Shown here: piece by piece, positions 1 through 12,388 of the stretch
How the letters are laid out: each line of letters opens with the position of its first letter
How positions within the stretch are numbered: position 1 is the first letter of the stretch
Source of the DNA: Eledone cirrhosa
Taxonomy: Eukaryota
DNA: 64,000 nucleotides
Reading direction: 5' to 3'
Assembly (NCBI GenBank): GCA_964016885.1
Contig: OZ024743.1
Span: 249,736,001-249,800,000, forward strand
Notes under the pieces: model-generated
Told to the model about the DNA's origin: nothing
The model's input: only the letters and a program-made list of their open reading frames with translations
Databases searched by the model: none
Program-made: the position numbers and the translations under genes

Positions 1-244
1 ATTCTACTATATTACAGGTGTGTCAACAATATATTCTACTATATTACAGGTGTGTCAACAATATATTCTACTATATTACAGGTGTGTCAACAATATATTC
101 TACTATATTACAGGTGTGTCAACAATATATTCTACTATATTACAGGTGTGTCAACAATATATTCTACTATATTACAGGTGTGTCAACAATGTATTCTACT
201 ATATTACAAGTTTGTCAACAATATATTCTACTATATTACAGGTG
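1..244 (+). repeat. 32-bp tandem minisatellite (>=7.5 copies, may continue upstream of the window) built from the SLC22 splice acceptor
   Basis: Unit ATTCTACTATATTACAGGTGTGTCAACAATAT. CAG ends at 17, 49, 81, 113, 145, 177, (209 mutated to CAA) and 241; the last is the acceptor of the coding exon. Confidence 0.95.
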
Positions 245-456
245 CATCACCAGTATGTTGTACTATGGAGTGACACTAAATTCTGTTGATATGTCAGGCA
301 ATCAATATATAAACTTCCTGTTGATGTCAGTTGTAGAAATTCCAGCCAATATTCTTGGATGCATATTATTCTATTGGTTTGGTCATCGTAAACCATTGTG
401 TGCCCTCATGATATTTGCAGGAATCAACTGCATAGTCTCAAATTTTGTGACAAAAG
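242..456 (+). CDS. SLC22 organic cation/anion transporter-like (MFS), internal exon
   Basis: tattacAG|G-TGC ATC ACC...; encodes CITSMLYYGVTLNSVDMSGNQYINFLLMSVVEIPA..FGHRK (SLC22 YYG, VEIP and GRR-like motifs); donor AAG|gtaa at 457, phase 1. Confidence 0.9.
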
Positions 457-1265
457 GTAAAAAATGTATGATTCTTAGTACTATTAGACTTTCATTTTTA
501 AGTATTATCATCATCCTCTTCATCATCATCATTTTATGCCTGTTTTTCGTGCTGGCATAGGTTAAACAGGGGGTCATGGTCTGAGACAAGACAGCTTGGA
601 GACCCACATCTTGTTTATATGTTCCCTATTTTGCTATGGTTTCTACGGTTGGATGCTCTTCAGAACATCAACTACTTTACAGATTGTACAGGGTACATTT
701 TATCATGGCTCCAACACTACAATCAAATTTTCACAAATCAATGTTTGTCTTTCATTTAATTGTTTCATGAAATTTAAATCTAAAATTAAAGCAACTCTCT
801 TAGAGCAGATCCTGAAAGAGTCTCAATGTCGATAATGGATTGAAATCAATACTGTGGGCAGGGGATCACTTGTTGGAAGTATAGGGGTCAGTGGTATCAT
901 GTAGGCGGAAGAACAACCGACATGGTCACGCTCTTCTCTTTTGGACCATGGCATCAAACAGACATGATTGCTGTGTAAGCTTGAGTATATGTTGATAGGT
1001 TCTGGCCACAGATTAGGTGGGTATATTTCCCGTCTGGACAAGATCAACAATAGGAGAGGATCCACAAGGATGGTGAGCTATCCATTTTCTCTTACAACAA
1101 ATACATTGAGGAATTATGTTCAGGATAATTTGAACTCTACTGTAAGCAGAAATAACAGTAAAAAAAACAAGCATTTAGAATGATTTGGTCTTATCCTAGT
1201 GTTAGTGTTTGATAGATGGACAAAAAATGGTGTATAATCATTATAATATACAATTTTTTCTTCAG

Positions 1266-1374
1266 ACAATATTTGGATTCCTCTGATATTGGTTGTTTTG
1301 GGAAAACTGGGTGCCACAGCATCATTTAATGGTCTTTTCTTGACATCAGCAGAACTATTCCCTACAGTAGTACG
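1266..1374 (+). CDS. SLC22-like transporter, penultimate exon (not in the ORF track)
   Basis: ttcAG|AC AAT...; encodes (D)NIWIPLILVVLGKLGATASFNGLFLTSAELFPTVV(R) with the SLC22 ELFPT..R motif; donor CG|gtaggt. Phases match both neighbouring exons. Confidence 0.92.
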
Positions 1375-1575
1375 GTAGGTGTTGCTTTTTACTATTTTAC
1401 ATACACACACACACACACACATATATATATATCAAATTAAAAAGTGGAGTTAAAGATCCACAATCATCTCCCATAATTTGTAGTTAATATGTTCCTCACA
1501 CTGATGGTTCCAAATGCCATATGACTGAACACATATCTCTGTATACTTCTCTCTATATGCTGATTTATATATATT

Positions 1576-2435
1576 CGAGGTGTGTCAGAAAAGTTCCAGG
1601 ACTGATGTCACAAAAGATTTATTTCAAACCCAAACTTCACACAAGAGTTTTCTCCTTCAAAGTAATACCCTTGGAGTCTAATGCACTTTTCCATCCTTTT
1701 CTGCCATGCACTCCTGGAAGGATTCTTCCGGGATTCTCTGCAGTTCCGTCGTCACAGCCTTTTTGATGTCGTCCACGTCTTCAAAATAGGCCCCCTCCGG
1801 GTCGTACTCGAAGATCCATGACTCATCTCCGGTGATGACTATCCCTAGCAAGTCTGGTTCGATTTCAAGACCCTTCTGGTCATCGTTCAGCAGTTTTGGC
1901 ACCATCTTCGCGCAGACTTTCCGCATGTCCAAATCTTCAGTGAGAATCTTCCAGACGCTGTCCCGATTCATGCCCAGCTCATTTGCCATCAGTCGAACAG
2001 ACAGCCAACGATCGCTACGCACCATCTGCCTGACGCGCTCAACGTTGACCTCAGTCCTGGTTGTTGAGAGCCTTCTGCTCCTGGGGTCATCTTCCACATC
2101 CTCGCGTCCTTCTTTAAACCTCCTACACCACTCAAAAACACGTGAGCGTGACATCGTCTCATCTCCATACACTTGCTGCAGCAATCCCAGTGCTTCTGAC
2201 GGAGTTTTCCCCAACCGTACCAGAAACTTCAAGTTTGTTCGTTGCTCTGTGCTCATTGCTTGACGACCTGAAACAGAGGACATGTATATAAAATTATGAA
2301 GAAAAAAGTTTGATCGCTGCAGAGAGCTAAAATTATCCAGGGGGATTACTTTGAAGGAGAAAACTCTTAGTGTGAAGTTTGGGTTTGAAATAAATCTTTT
2401 GTGACATCAGTCCTGGAACTTTTCTGACACACCTC

Positions 2436-2436
<1 letters not shown>
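1576..2436 (-). mobile_element. Internally deleted mariner (Tc1/mariner) transposon in an SLC22 intron
   Basis: ~100-bp inverted termini starting CGAGGTGTGTCAGAAAAGTTCCAGGACT; TA on the right flank (left flank reads TT). ORF 1678-2283 has the mariner HTH, a (W/M)VPKLL motif and ITGDESW (first catalytic Asp), then jumps to the C-terminus. Confidence 0.93.
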
Positions 2437-2512
<76 letters not shown>

Positions 2513-3202
2513 CATGCACATAAGATGATGGGCTCTACTTAATCTTATTTCAACCTCAAAAGTGGAGATACCAGAATGGTGTACACATTTACCTTGTAGT
2601 TACATCAGATAGTTAGAACACTGCTTATAAACATCTACCCACCAACTCTGATAGAGCAGGCAGTATGGTGCCATCAAGTACCATGCTGTCTGTATTGACT
2701 GCATGGTTTAAGCATCTTTTGTTATAATAGCTGATATAGCACTACATGTTATTAAAACACCAGTTCACCATCTGAAAGAGCTGGTCATATTTATGGGTAT
2801 GAAACTGTATGGTAATGCAAAAATAAGTCAAACTGCTAATATAAATATTCTCAACTTCCTTATTTTTTGTGTTGATTGTTTTTTTCATTTGTTTGTACAC
2901 AAACTTACATACATATATATAGTATCATCGTTTTATGTCTGTCTTTCATGCTGGCATAGGTTGGACAGGTCATGATTGTCTGAGACCAGACGGGTCAGAG
3001 GATTGCACCTTATGCCGATGTACTATGTTTGACATGGTTTCTAAGGCTAGATGCTCTTCCTAATGCCAACCCACTTGCACTGTGTATTTGGTGCATTTTA
3101 TCATGGAACCAGCACTACCATTCTTGGCACAATTGAAGAATCTTCTCAACCATTTTCTAATATATACATATATATATATATATCTTTTCTTTTATATTTT
3201 AG

Positions 3203-3410
3203 TAACAATGGAATGGGTGCCGCCTCATCATTTTCTCGACTTGGTGCTCTTCTATCACCCCTAATTCTTGGACTTTCTATGTATGGTTCCTGGATACCTC
3301 TCAGTTTCTATGGAATATTGGGAATTGTTGCTGGATCTCTCATTATTTTACTTCCAGAAATGAAGGATTATTGTTTACTCCAAACACTCCAAGACATGGA
3401 TAACATCTAG
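3203..3410 (+). CDS. SLC22-like transporter, terminal coding exon
   Basis: ttttAG|T completes Arg; NNGMGAASSFSRLGALLSPLIL...LLPEMKDYCLLQTLQDMDNI*. TAG ends at 3410; AATAAA at 3564-3569. Confidence 0.9.
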
Positions 3411-4077
3411 ATCTGGTTTATTGCACAAACTATCTCTTTTTAATTAATTTAATATAGATAAACTGATAAGTTATGAAGAAATTAGGCAAGTTTGAACATT
3501 TGAAAATTTGTTTGCTTTCATTATGAAAAGTTGCCACAATATGTTATGCCTATAAAATAATCAAATAAATAGGAAAATTTCCCAAATTATTTCAACCTAC
3601 TTCATTATCCACTCACACTTTCCACCTTCTTCAATCTGATCCCATCACCCTCAATCTCATGATAACCCACCTTTCCCCTCCTTCAAGTATACCTGCAACC
3701 TTTGTGACTTCTTCGTTCACAGCTTCTCTTCTGCCACCTACAGCTCCCCTCCCCCTGCATCCCACACATATGCCTGGGTATATATATATATAAATCATCA
3801 TCATCATCATCATCTTCGTTTAACGTCCATCTTCCACACAGTTAGACTAAAATATATATATATGTTGATTATTATTATTTTTATTAAATAAGCATTTTAC
3901 ATTTATTTTTCTTGTTGGAATAGTTTCTGTAAAGTTTTGATATATGAAAATAAGTTGTTATACTTTGGGAGGGTCATGCTGCCAATAAAAACACAGGCAC
4001 TTGTTGGATTTCACTTCAATTTATTATAAACTCCCAGTTGGTTATTTTAGTATTCGGATGGTTGGTTATTTTAACAT

Positions 4078-4470
4078 GGAGGCACATGGCTTAGTGGTTA
4101 GAGCACTGGCCTTGCAATCGAAAGGCTGTGAGTTAAATTCTCAGACCGGGTGATGTGTTGTTTCCTTGAGCAAGACACTTTATTTCACATTGCTCCAGTT
4201 TACTCAGCTGTAGAAATGAGATGATAGGACTGGGTTTCCTATCATTCCAGTGCAAAGTAGTCATGGAGGTGCCACAGCAAAAAAAGCACCCAGCCCACAC
4301 TGTAAAGGGGACGTGTAGGCGCCACAGTAAAAAAAGCACCCAGCACTCACTGTAAATGAGGTTGGTGTTAGGAAGGGCATCCAGCTGTAGAAATCAACCC
4401 AGAATCAGTTCCCGTCCCACCCTTGCAAGCAGAGAAAAGCGGACGTAAAATGATGATGATGATGATGATG

Positions 4471-4471
<1 letters not shown>
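4078..4471 (+). mobile_element. tRNA-derived SINE family B (CORE-like centre, (ATG)n tail)
   Basis: A box TGGCTTAGTGG, B-box-like GAGTTAAATTC, CCTTGAGCAAGACACTT centre, tail GGAAGGGCATCCAGCTGTAGAAA...GGACGTAAAA(TGA)n. A close copy lies on - at ~42452-42787; more diverged relatives at ~27597, 27900, 32440, 37620 and 62530. Confidence 0.85.
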
Positions 4472-4503
<32 letters not shown>

Positions 4504-4638
4504 TATTTGTAGATTAACCCCCAGGCTGAATTGTCAGCTAGGTGGCAATCTCATTTTTTGGCCCCCATAGGGGCGAAAATTTAATTTTAAATTAATTTGA
4601 AATCTGTTAAGAAAATTTTTTATATTTTGCCATCAACA

Positions 4639-6700
4639 ATGGCTAGCATTCAAGAATCGCTAGCGAACGTTGAGGAAGGGAAAAGAAAAGAATTTCACGT
4701 TGCTAAGAACTTTGCCTATATCAATGTTGTTGACAACAAAGTTTTGTTTAATGAAAGTGAGGTAGACAACACAAACAAAATTGAACCACACAGTGTACAA
4801 CAGACACCAAAAACAACAGAAAAACAATTGACACAACTGCAAACGGAAAAACCGACAACCACAACAACAACAACAACATCAAAAGAATAACTTTTACAGA
4901 AACAGTTGCAAATAATAATATGGTTTTCAACATTACCTCAAACTCCACATGTATTGGCGTCACTATAGAAGCCAATATGGACAACAAAAATAAAAACAAG
5001 ATTGAACCACACAGTGTACAACAGACACCAAAAACAACAGAAAAAACAACAGAAAATAAAACGATTGACACAACTACAAACGGAAAAACCGACAACCACA
5101 ACAACAACAATAACAACAATAACAACAACACAAAAAAAAATATTTTTGCGCAAACAGTCATCAACAAAGAAGATTACAAGGATCTCGATATCTCCAATGC
5201 GAGACAGATTCTCTCTGAAGCAAAGGAGTTTATCATTTTCGGTGAAAACGGTGGGTTTCAAATAAACTCACTCCCAGAAATTCGTCTTGAAATACTTCGA
5301 AGGACAGTTACCTTCAAAACTGTTTCAAAGGAAACAAAATGACCAGCATTCCTCAGTCAAAGGGAAATTGAGGCAACCTTGAAAGAGATATTGCCAAACA
5401 TTGACTTTATGCAGAGGGCCAAACAGTACGGGAGTATTTCGGTGCTCCTCAAAAGCGAGGCCGTCGCACAAAGATACTCAGTGACACCAATACTGTCAAA
5501 AATATACACCTTTTTCCCTATATACATGGGAAAAAGGACTCAGAAAATCAGAATCGCAAACATACTACCAAATATTAATATTTGGTGGATATTAGCAGGT
5601 TTTATAGAGGAGGGACATGACACCATCCTCTCCATCAGGAAATCAACCAGACACACGTGGTCTGGTACAAATTTGGAGATTCTGGTGCAAACGAGGCTGG
5701 AGAGAATCTCCAAAATACCCGAAAAAGTGCTGGTGGACAACAACAGCAACATAAGCATTTCGGTTGAAGGAAGAAAACCCACACTGCTTTCGATGTAACA
5801 GCACAGCACATCTAAAGGCCTCCTGTCCTTTACAGGCACATTCTAACCCCCCCCCCCCCCCCCCAAAAAAAAATACTGTTAACAACACCAACACCAAAAC
5901 AACCACCACCACCACCACCACAACCACAACACACAAAACAAGCAAACGCACCAAAACGAACAGCCACTCAACCAACTACAGCAGAAAAAACACAAACAAC
6001 ACCCCAAAGAACACAGTCCCACTCCATCCCACTCCATCCAACACGGCCACAAACACACCATCACCACACAACAAACACCTACCGCATCATCGTCAGACGA
6101 GGCTACTTCTTCATCTCCAAGTGAAGATGAAGGACAGCCTCGAAAATCCAAAAAGTAAAAAAAAAAGACACCACAAAGCCACAAAAACAACAATCGTCCA
6201 ACACCAACACACAACCACCGACACAAATAACAACACAAACAACACCAGAATCAAACCCCGCCCTACCAGCAAAACAAACACCAACACCACACCAAACACA
6301 AGCACCCACCATAAAAAGAAAACTCCCAGACGAACAACAAACTAAAACAACACAACAAAAACACAAACAATACACATACATCAACAAAAAACAACAAGAG
6401 TTTGATGGAGGTCATCTCCAAAAATCCCAAGGTGGAGACGGAGGGCAAAACTTTCGTTAAAGCAGAATCGTCTACACACCTCAAACTAATAAGGGTTTCG
6501 ATGGAAACATAGCGAACTAAAAACAAAATTTTTGCAGGACGTGGGCAACTCCTGTCAAAAACCCATAAACCGCGTCTTGTTAAAATGTTTCCCCACCACA
6601 CCCAACACCCCCATCAGCACTCAAATGGTTAATTTAACAACCCGATTTCCAGGAAGCGAAAAGGTAAGTGCACCTTTTCGTCCTCTTTCGCCAACTCTTC
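4639..6700 (+). pseudogene. Tx1 ORF1 (gag-like), frameshifted
   Basis: MASIQESL... start; VEGRKP followed after a frameshift by CFRCNSTAHLKASC (CX2CX4HX4C); T/N/K low-complexity stretches; internal duplication of ~4775-4875 at ~4995-5110. Confidence 0.75.
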
Positions 6701-6709
6701 TCCACCAAC

Positions 6710-9700
6710 ATGGCTAATTTACGAGTTGGAAGCGTGAATGTGCATGGCTTAGGGATGCCCTGGAAATAGGGCCAACTTTTAAACGACCTTAGGTCATACG
6801 GTATGGATGTGATAGCCATCACCGAGTCCAGGATCCACAACAGGCATCAATTAAGCCCATCTTCAATGACTTTGAGATCTACGCATCTCTCCTGTCAGCC
6901 AGGAGGTGGAGGGGAAGTGGCTGTCATGTTTCGAAAAAACCTGGAACTCGAAATACAGCAAGTACACTGGAACCTGGAGGGTAGACTGGTAGTCCTAGAC
7001 GTGAACAGTCTTGGAGGTGGAGCCTTCAGACTGGTGGCCGTTTATGCCCCGACTGGGCAATCGCGGCCAGACTTCTTTAAGTGTCTAGAGTCTTTTCTGA
7101 GAATGTCTTCCTCCTTGCTTTTAGTGGGGGACTAGAATGGCATCCTAGACGTACGATGAGACTATGTAGGATCATGTCCTAGTAGAGCGGGGTGCAACAG
7201 CCTCAAAAATTTAATCGGCTAATTCCAACTGGCCGATAGGTATCAACTAGATTTCCCGACTGCACCACAGTGGACGTGGACAAACCGCAGCGGGACATCT
7301 AGATCGTATTTAGACAGGTTCTTTATTACAGAGAGAGACAAGAAGATGTTAAGCTGTCTACAAATGCACATGGTTGCCTATTCAGACCACAAACTAGTCA
7401 TCTGCATAGTCAACCATGATAGAGTACATAGACAAGGACCCGGATACTGGAAGCTGAACCTGTCACTACCGACACGTAAAGCCTACAGTGAATGGATAAG
7501 TAGATTAGTTAAGCAACAGTTGACAGGAGCCAATTGTCAACAACAGATGGTGGTACTCCCTCAAGAAAGCAATTAGAGTAAAGTCAATAGACTTTAGCAG
7601 AGAGTTAGCCGTAGAGAGAAACAAAACAGAAACGGAACTAGTAGCAAGGTAGAGGAGGCGCTTAGGAGTGGCAACGTAGCTAGAGTGCTAGCAATGAGAA
7701 CGGCACTGGACCAGTTCTTCGACGTGAAACACGAAGGTTGCATGGTCAGAAGTAAATCATGTGCTCTAGGATATGAGGGAGCAAAAGCTGTTAGCTGGGC
7801 CCGAGTGGCAGAGGCGAAAAGTGGCAACAAGTCCACGATTCGGTCTTTGAAAAACTCCAAGCGGATGTGCGTGGCCTTTCAGCGGCACTTTGCGCAACTG
7901 TTCGGGCAGAGTGGCGGTGCGTTGAACGAGGCAATGGACTTCGGTTCATACCTTGACGGCCTGCCACGTCTCTCGAGCATGGCCGCCGAGTTCTGCGAAA
8001 GACCGATCACAGCCACTGAGATACGGAACACTCTGAGCTGCTGCGGGAAATGCAAATCACCCGGTCTAGATGGTCTACCCTATGAGTTTTACATAGGCAT
8101 GCCGGACTTGTTCTCTGTCGTCCCCGAGGCCGTCTACTGCAACTGGCAGCAGAATGGGAGAATTCCCAGTTCTGCAGGCAGGGGCATAGTAACGCTGATC
8201 AGAAAAGATTAGAACAAGGGGGACGAACTAAGTAACTTTAGGCCCATAACTCTGCTCAACACAGAGTTAAAGATTTTGGCCAAGGTGTTGGCAACAAGGT
8301 TGGTGCTTGTCGTCGAGAACCTGGTAGGGAAAGCGCAAACGTGTGCAATCCCGACCAGGTTCATACACGACAACCTCCACCTCATGCGATACATCATAGA
8401 GAGGGTAGGGTGTAAACCCGGCTTTGGTGGGGCTCTGATCAATTTAGATCAATCTAAGGCGTTCGATAGGGTCGACCATCAATACTTGGAAGCGGTTCTC
8501 AAGGCGGCCAGTTTCAGACCCGTCTTCAGAGGCTGGATCACCGCAATGCACACCAACATCTGCTTGATGGTCAAGGTGAACGGCTACCTATCGGAGCCGT
8601 TTGCAATCACGCGTTCCATCCGACAGGGATGCCCTCTCTCCTCCATTCTGTACGTACTCTAGAGCCACTGCTGCAGGGCATTTCGTTGGTACTGGGAGTG
8701 TGGAAAGCGGTGTCGGCTTATGCTGACGACGTGACGGTAATGGTGTTGGAAGCCTCCGAAACTGAACCCGGACAAGTCTGTTGGTTTGCAACTCGGAACA
8801 TGGAGAAGCAAACCGATGCCATCCGACAGCGTTGTCGGATGCTGGACGGACAGACCGGTGAAATTGCTTGGGGTCTGGTTCGGTCCGGACCTCCAGGTGG
8901 AGAAAACTGGAATGAGGTCACGGCCAAGGTATTTGCGCTCACCCAGAAGTGGGCAGAGTGCAAACTATCCTTGAAAGGTCGAGCGGAGGTGGCAAACACT
9001 CTCATAGCGTCCGTCATCTACTACCGCTTGACCATCGTGCCTTGTCCCCGTGAACACCTCACCAAGATGGAACGCATGCTCTTCCAGTTCCTTTGGAAGA
9101 TGCAGGCTCCACTGGTGAGGAGATCCGTCTGCTGTCAGCACCTTTCCAATGGAGGGCTGGGAATGCCGTGGCTGATGATGCGTAAGCATGTGCTGAGGCT
9201 ACGGCATCTACAGGTATTCCTCACCGACCCCCCCACTGGTGTGGGCACCGTTTGTGAGACAAGCCTTCCCACAACTTGTCTCGCTGACGGAGCTGCAGTC
9301 TTGAGTCAAGCGAAGACCGAAGAAGATGGGCGCCTGGCACATTGAATACGCTCAGGTGCTCACAGTCCTCTGTCAAGTGGGCACGGCAATCAGTGGAGAC
9401 TCCACTTTGACATTCTATAGAGGGTTAGTACGTCACAAGGGCGACGATGTACTCGGAGAGACTCCAGGTGTCGAAGACGACGAACTCACCAGTCTGTTTG
9501 GTAGGACTTTCCATCCGAGACCTATGGACAACTTCCATAGGTCCCTGGCCTGGCAGTGCTACCGAGGAGCTCTACCAGTTCGTACAAGATCTACAGGCAT
9601 GGACGCCCCGGCAGGGGTCCTTCCAAGAGGACGTGTCCAAAATGCACGCAGGACATTGAAATCGTCCTGCACGCAATTGTACACTGCCCGGGCGTAACTG

Positions 9701-10050
9701 ACCTGTGGTACTACGCGGAACAACTGTTGTCGCATATGGGGCAAATCCAGTTGACTGCCGAGTCCATAGTAAGGATCAAACCGCCAACTTCTTTCAAAAA
9801 CGAAAGAGAGACGGTTTTCCTCTGTACAGTGGCTATGGTGAAAGAGGTTATAGGGTGGACGAGATTAAGAGGACTGAGGGCAGATGCCTTTCTCTCCAGA
9901 CAACAACTCATTCCCTTCTTTAGATACCACTTTAGAAGGAGAATCAGGATGGAGAAAGAGGCACTGCACCCCAGTAAATTTACTGAAAGGTGGGTGAATG
10001 TGGCAAAAATGGCCCGAGTGATTGGGCCTTCTCTGTATATAAACCTGTAG
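6710..10050 (+). pseudogene. Tx1 ORF2 (AP endonuclease, reverse transcriptase, zinc finger) with multiple stops and frameshifts
   Basis: MANLRVGSVNVHGL, VYAP, LVGD, YSDHK, GPGYWKLN, KSPGLDGLPYEFY, FRPITLLN, DQSKAFDRVDH, RQGCPLS, AYADDV, GGLGMP, CPKC..E..LHAIVHC. Confidence 0.93.
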
Positions 10051-10304
10051 GCTGAAGAAGAGAGCAGAAGGAAGAAAGGAGCACTTGCACAACATGCTCC
10101 TGGAGTTGAGGGTTGTTCTATCGACAGGGGTATTAAACAACCCATTTGTGGCACCTCTCCACTATTGGGGATTTCGATTGTTTTAATTGTTTGTTTTATA
10201 TTTTTACACGATTGTATGTTAAATCCTCGGTATGTCTTTGTTTTGTCCCCTTTATCATGTGCCCTTGTGGCTAATAAAGAAATCTATCTATCTATCGATC
10301 TATC

Positions 10305-10706
10305 TTTTTTCCAAATACCACTTTGGAAGAAGAATCAGGATGGAGAGAGAGGTGCTGCACCCCAGCAAGTTTTATGAAAGGTGTGTGAAAGTGGCGAGAA
10401 TGGCCTGAGTGAATGGGCCTTCTCTCTATATCAGCCTGTAGGTTGAGGAAAAGGAGGAGGAGAGGAAAGGAGTACAAACTCTTCGTACTCCTGGAGATGA
10501 GTGTTGCACATTTTTTCAGGGGTATGTGTTACTCATATGAACTGTCTCCCCCTATTGGGGAAAATCGACTAATTTTTTAAATTGCATTTGTGATAATATT
10601 TTACACGTTTTTATTGTATGTAAACTTCCCCCTTTGTATTTGACCCCTTCTTTTGTGCCCCTGGGGCTAATAAAGAAACATATCTATCAGTCTTTCTATC
10701 TATCTA
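10305..10706 (+). mobile_element. 5'-truncated 3' fragment of a related Tx1 subfamily, in tandem behind the first copy
   Basis: Aligns with 9915-10290 (TACCACTTT.GAAG.AGAATCAGGATGGAGA...); ends CTAATAAAGAAA followed by degenerate (TCTA)n. Confidence 0.88.
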
Positions 10707-10969
10707 GCTATATATAAAATGAAGAGAATCAATGTAGTCAAATTAAATCCATCTTTTTAAATAATTATGATCATTTCTATACAGGTGGTAATCATACATG
10801 CATATGTAAACAATAAGTCAATCAGAAACAGTTAATTAGCAATTATTTACACAAAACACAATACATAAACATCCACATATCAGGAATTATCAAAAGGGAT
10901 AGAATTTAAGCAGATACATATTTCACAAATACCAGCAATATCAAATATTGAAGATTAGCAAGCACTTGA

Positions 10970-12388
10970 AGAAAGCAAATGAAGAAGGCTATCAACACAT
11001 GGGCTGTTGCAGTGTTAAGGTATAGCGCTAGTATGATAGAGTGGAGATGGGATAAACTTAAGGAGCTTGATAGAAATACCAGGAAAATTCTGACACAAAT
11101 TCTACAGCCCAAAAGTGATGTGAACAGGTTGTATCTATCACGACAAAGAGGAGGAAGAGGTCTCATTAGCTGTGAAATGTGTGTGAAATCAGAGGAAAAT
11201 AATCTAGCATGGTATGTAAAGAATTCAAAGGAGAGATTGATGGCAAGAGTAAGAAAGATAAAGTCCTAAGCAGTTATAAAGCAAAGGAAAAGGGAGAATT
11301 TAAACAAGACAAACAGAATGATACATTGAATAGATGCAAGAAAAAAATTGTATGGTCAATTCATAAGTGAAATGCCTGAGTCAGCTGACAAAAATAGGAA
11401 CTAGGAATGGATTAGGAAAAGTGACTCAAAAGTTGAAACTGAGACCCTTATTTTTGTAGCCCAGGAACTGAAAACAAACTATATCAAGTTCAATATTGAC
11501 AAGTCAGTGAATTCCCCACTTTGTAGGTTGTGTGGTGAGAGAGGTGAGACAATAAGCCACATTATTAGTGAATGTAAAAGCAGTGAATTGGCAGTATCGG
11601 TAGAGCGTCAGACACCATGCCTTACATCATAGAGTTATGGCACTTTACGTTCTGAGTTCAAATCCCGCCGAGTTTAACTTTGCCTTTCATCCTTACGGGG
11701 TCGATAAAATAAAGTACCAGTAATGCTCTAGGATAATTGCTGGCCTTGTGCCAAAAGTAGAAACAATTATTAGTGAATGTAAGACACTTGCTCAGAAAGT
11801 GTATAAGAGAAGGTATGACAACATTGCCAGATTGGTTCATTGGAAGCTGTCATGAGTATGACATGAGCAGAAGTGAGAAATGTTATTAACACCAACCAGA
11901 AACGGTTGCTGAAAATGAACAGTAAAATATCTTGCAGGACATCACCATCCAGTGCAACCATGTTATCGTGGCTAGAAAGCCTGATATTGTTGTCATAGAA
12001 AGGAAGAATAACAAGTCATGTATTATGGATATTGCTTCACCATGGGACCTCAGGGTGAATGAGAGGGAAAGTGAGAAAGTTGAGAAATACCAGGAGCTGA
12101 AGAGAGAAATCAGGAAACTGTGGAGAATCAGACACATAGAAGTGGTACCGATTGGGAGCAGTTATTAAAAGGTTGGATGCTTGGCTTGAGAAGCTAGGAA
12201 TTACCATCAGGATAGGATTGTTTCAGAAAACAGCCTTGCTAGGAACAGCTAGAGTTCTAAGAAGGGTGTTGGAAAGTTGAAGGAGAAGGAATGACTCAAA
12301 GGATGTTTGTCCATTGGCTATGGCCTGCTCTTTTGGTATAGTGTCGGTATAACATCTGCCAGAACAAAAGTGTTACGAATAATAATAA
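10970..12388 (+). mobile_element. 3' half of an RLE-type non-LTR element (R4/Dong-like), decayed
   Basis: AINTWAVAVLRYS, RLYLSRQRGGRGL, CRLCGERGETISHIISEC zinc knuckle, KPDIVV...DIASPWD...EKVEKYQEL restriction-like endonuclease; ends in (AAT)n. Confidence 0.88.
11578..11765 (+). mobile_element. tRNA-derived SINE family A inserted into the R4-like element
   Basis: A box TGGCAGTATCGG, B box GAGTTCAAATCC, central GCCTTTCATCCTTACGGGGTCGATAAAATAAAGTACCAG; 17-bp TSD ATTATTAGTGAATGTAA at 11561-11577 and 11766-11782. Confidence 0.92.

Larger units (their letters stand above)
4509..10304 (+). mobile_element. Near full-length decayed Tx1/L1-clade non-LTR retrotransposon
   Basis: ORF1 remnant with a CCHC knuckle, ORF2 remnant with APE, RT and a C-terminal Cys/His motif, AATAAA at 10273 and a (TCTA)n tail. 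The 5' boundary is approximate. Confidence 0.92.

Noticed and set aside
1-244. 32-bp repeat as a CRISPR array
   Set aside because: Units are contiguous with no unique spacers, the context is a eukaryotic intron, and there are no cas genes.
1495-1545. Possible hammerhead (CTGATGG...GAAC)
   Set aside because: Two core changes and poor stems; not supportable.
4078-4155. tRNA genes suggested by A/B boxes (also 11580-11670 and others)
   Set aside because: They continue into SINE bodies and tails with TSDs; no clean cloverleaf.
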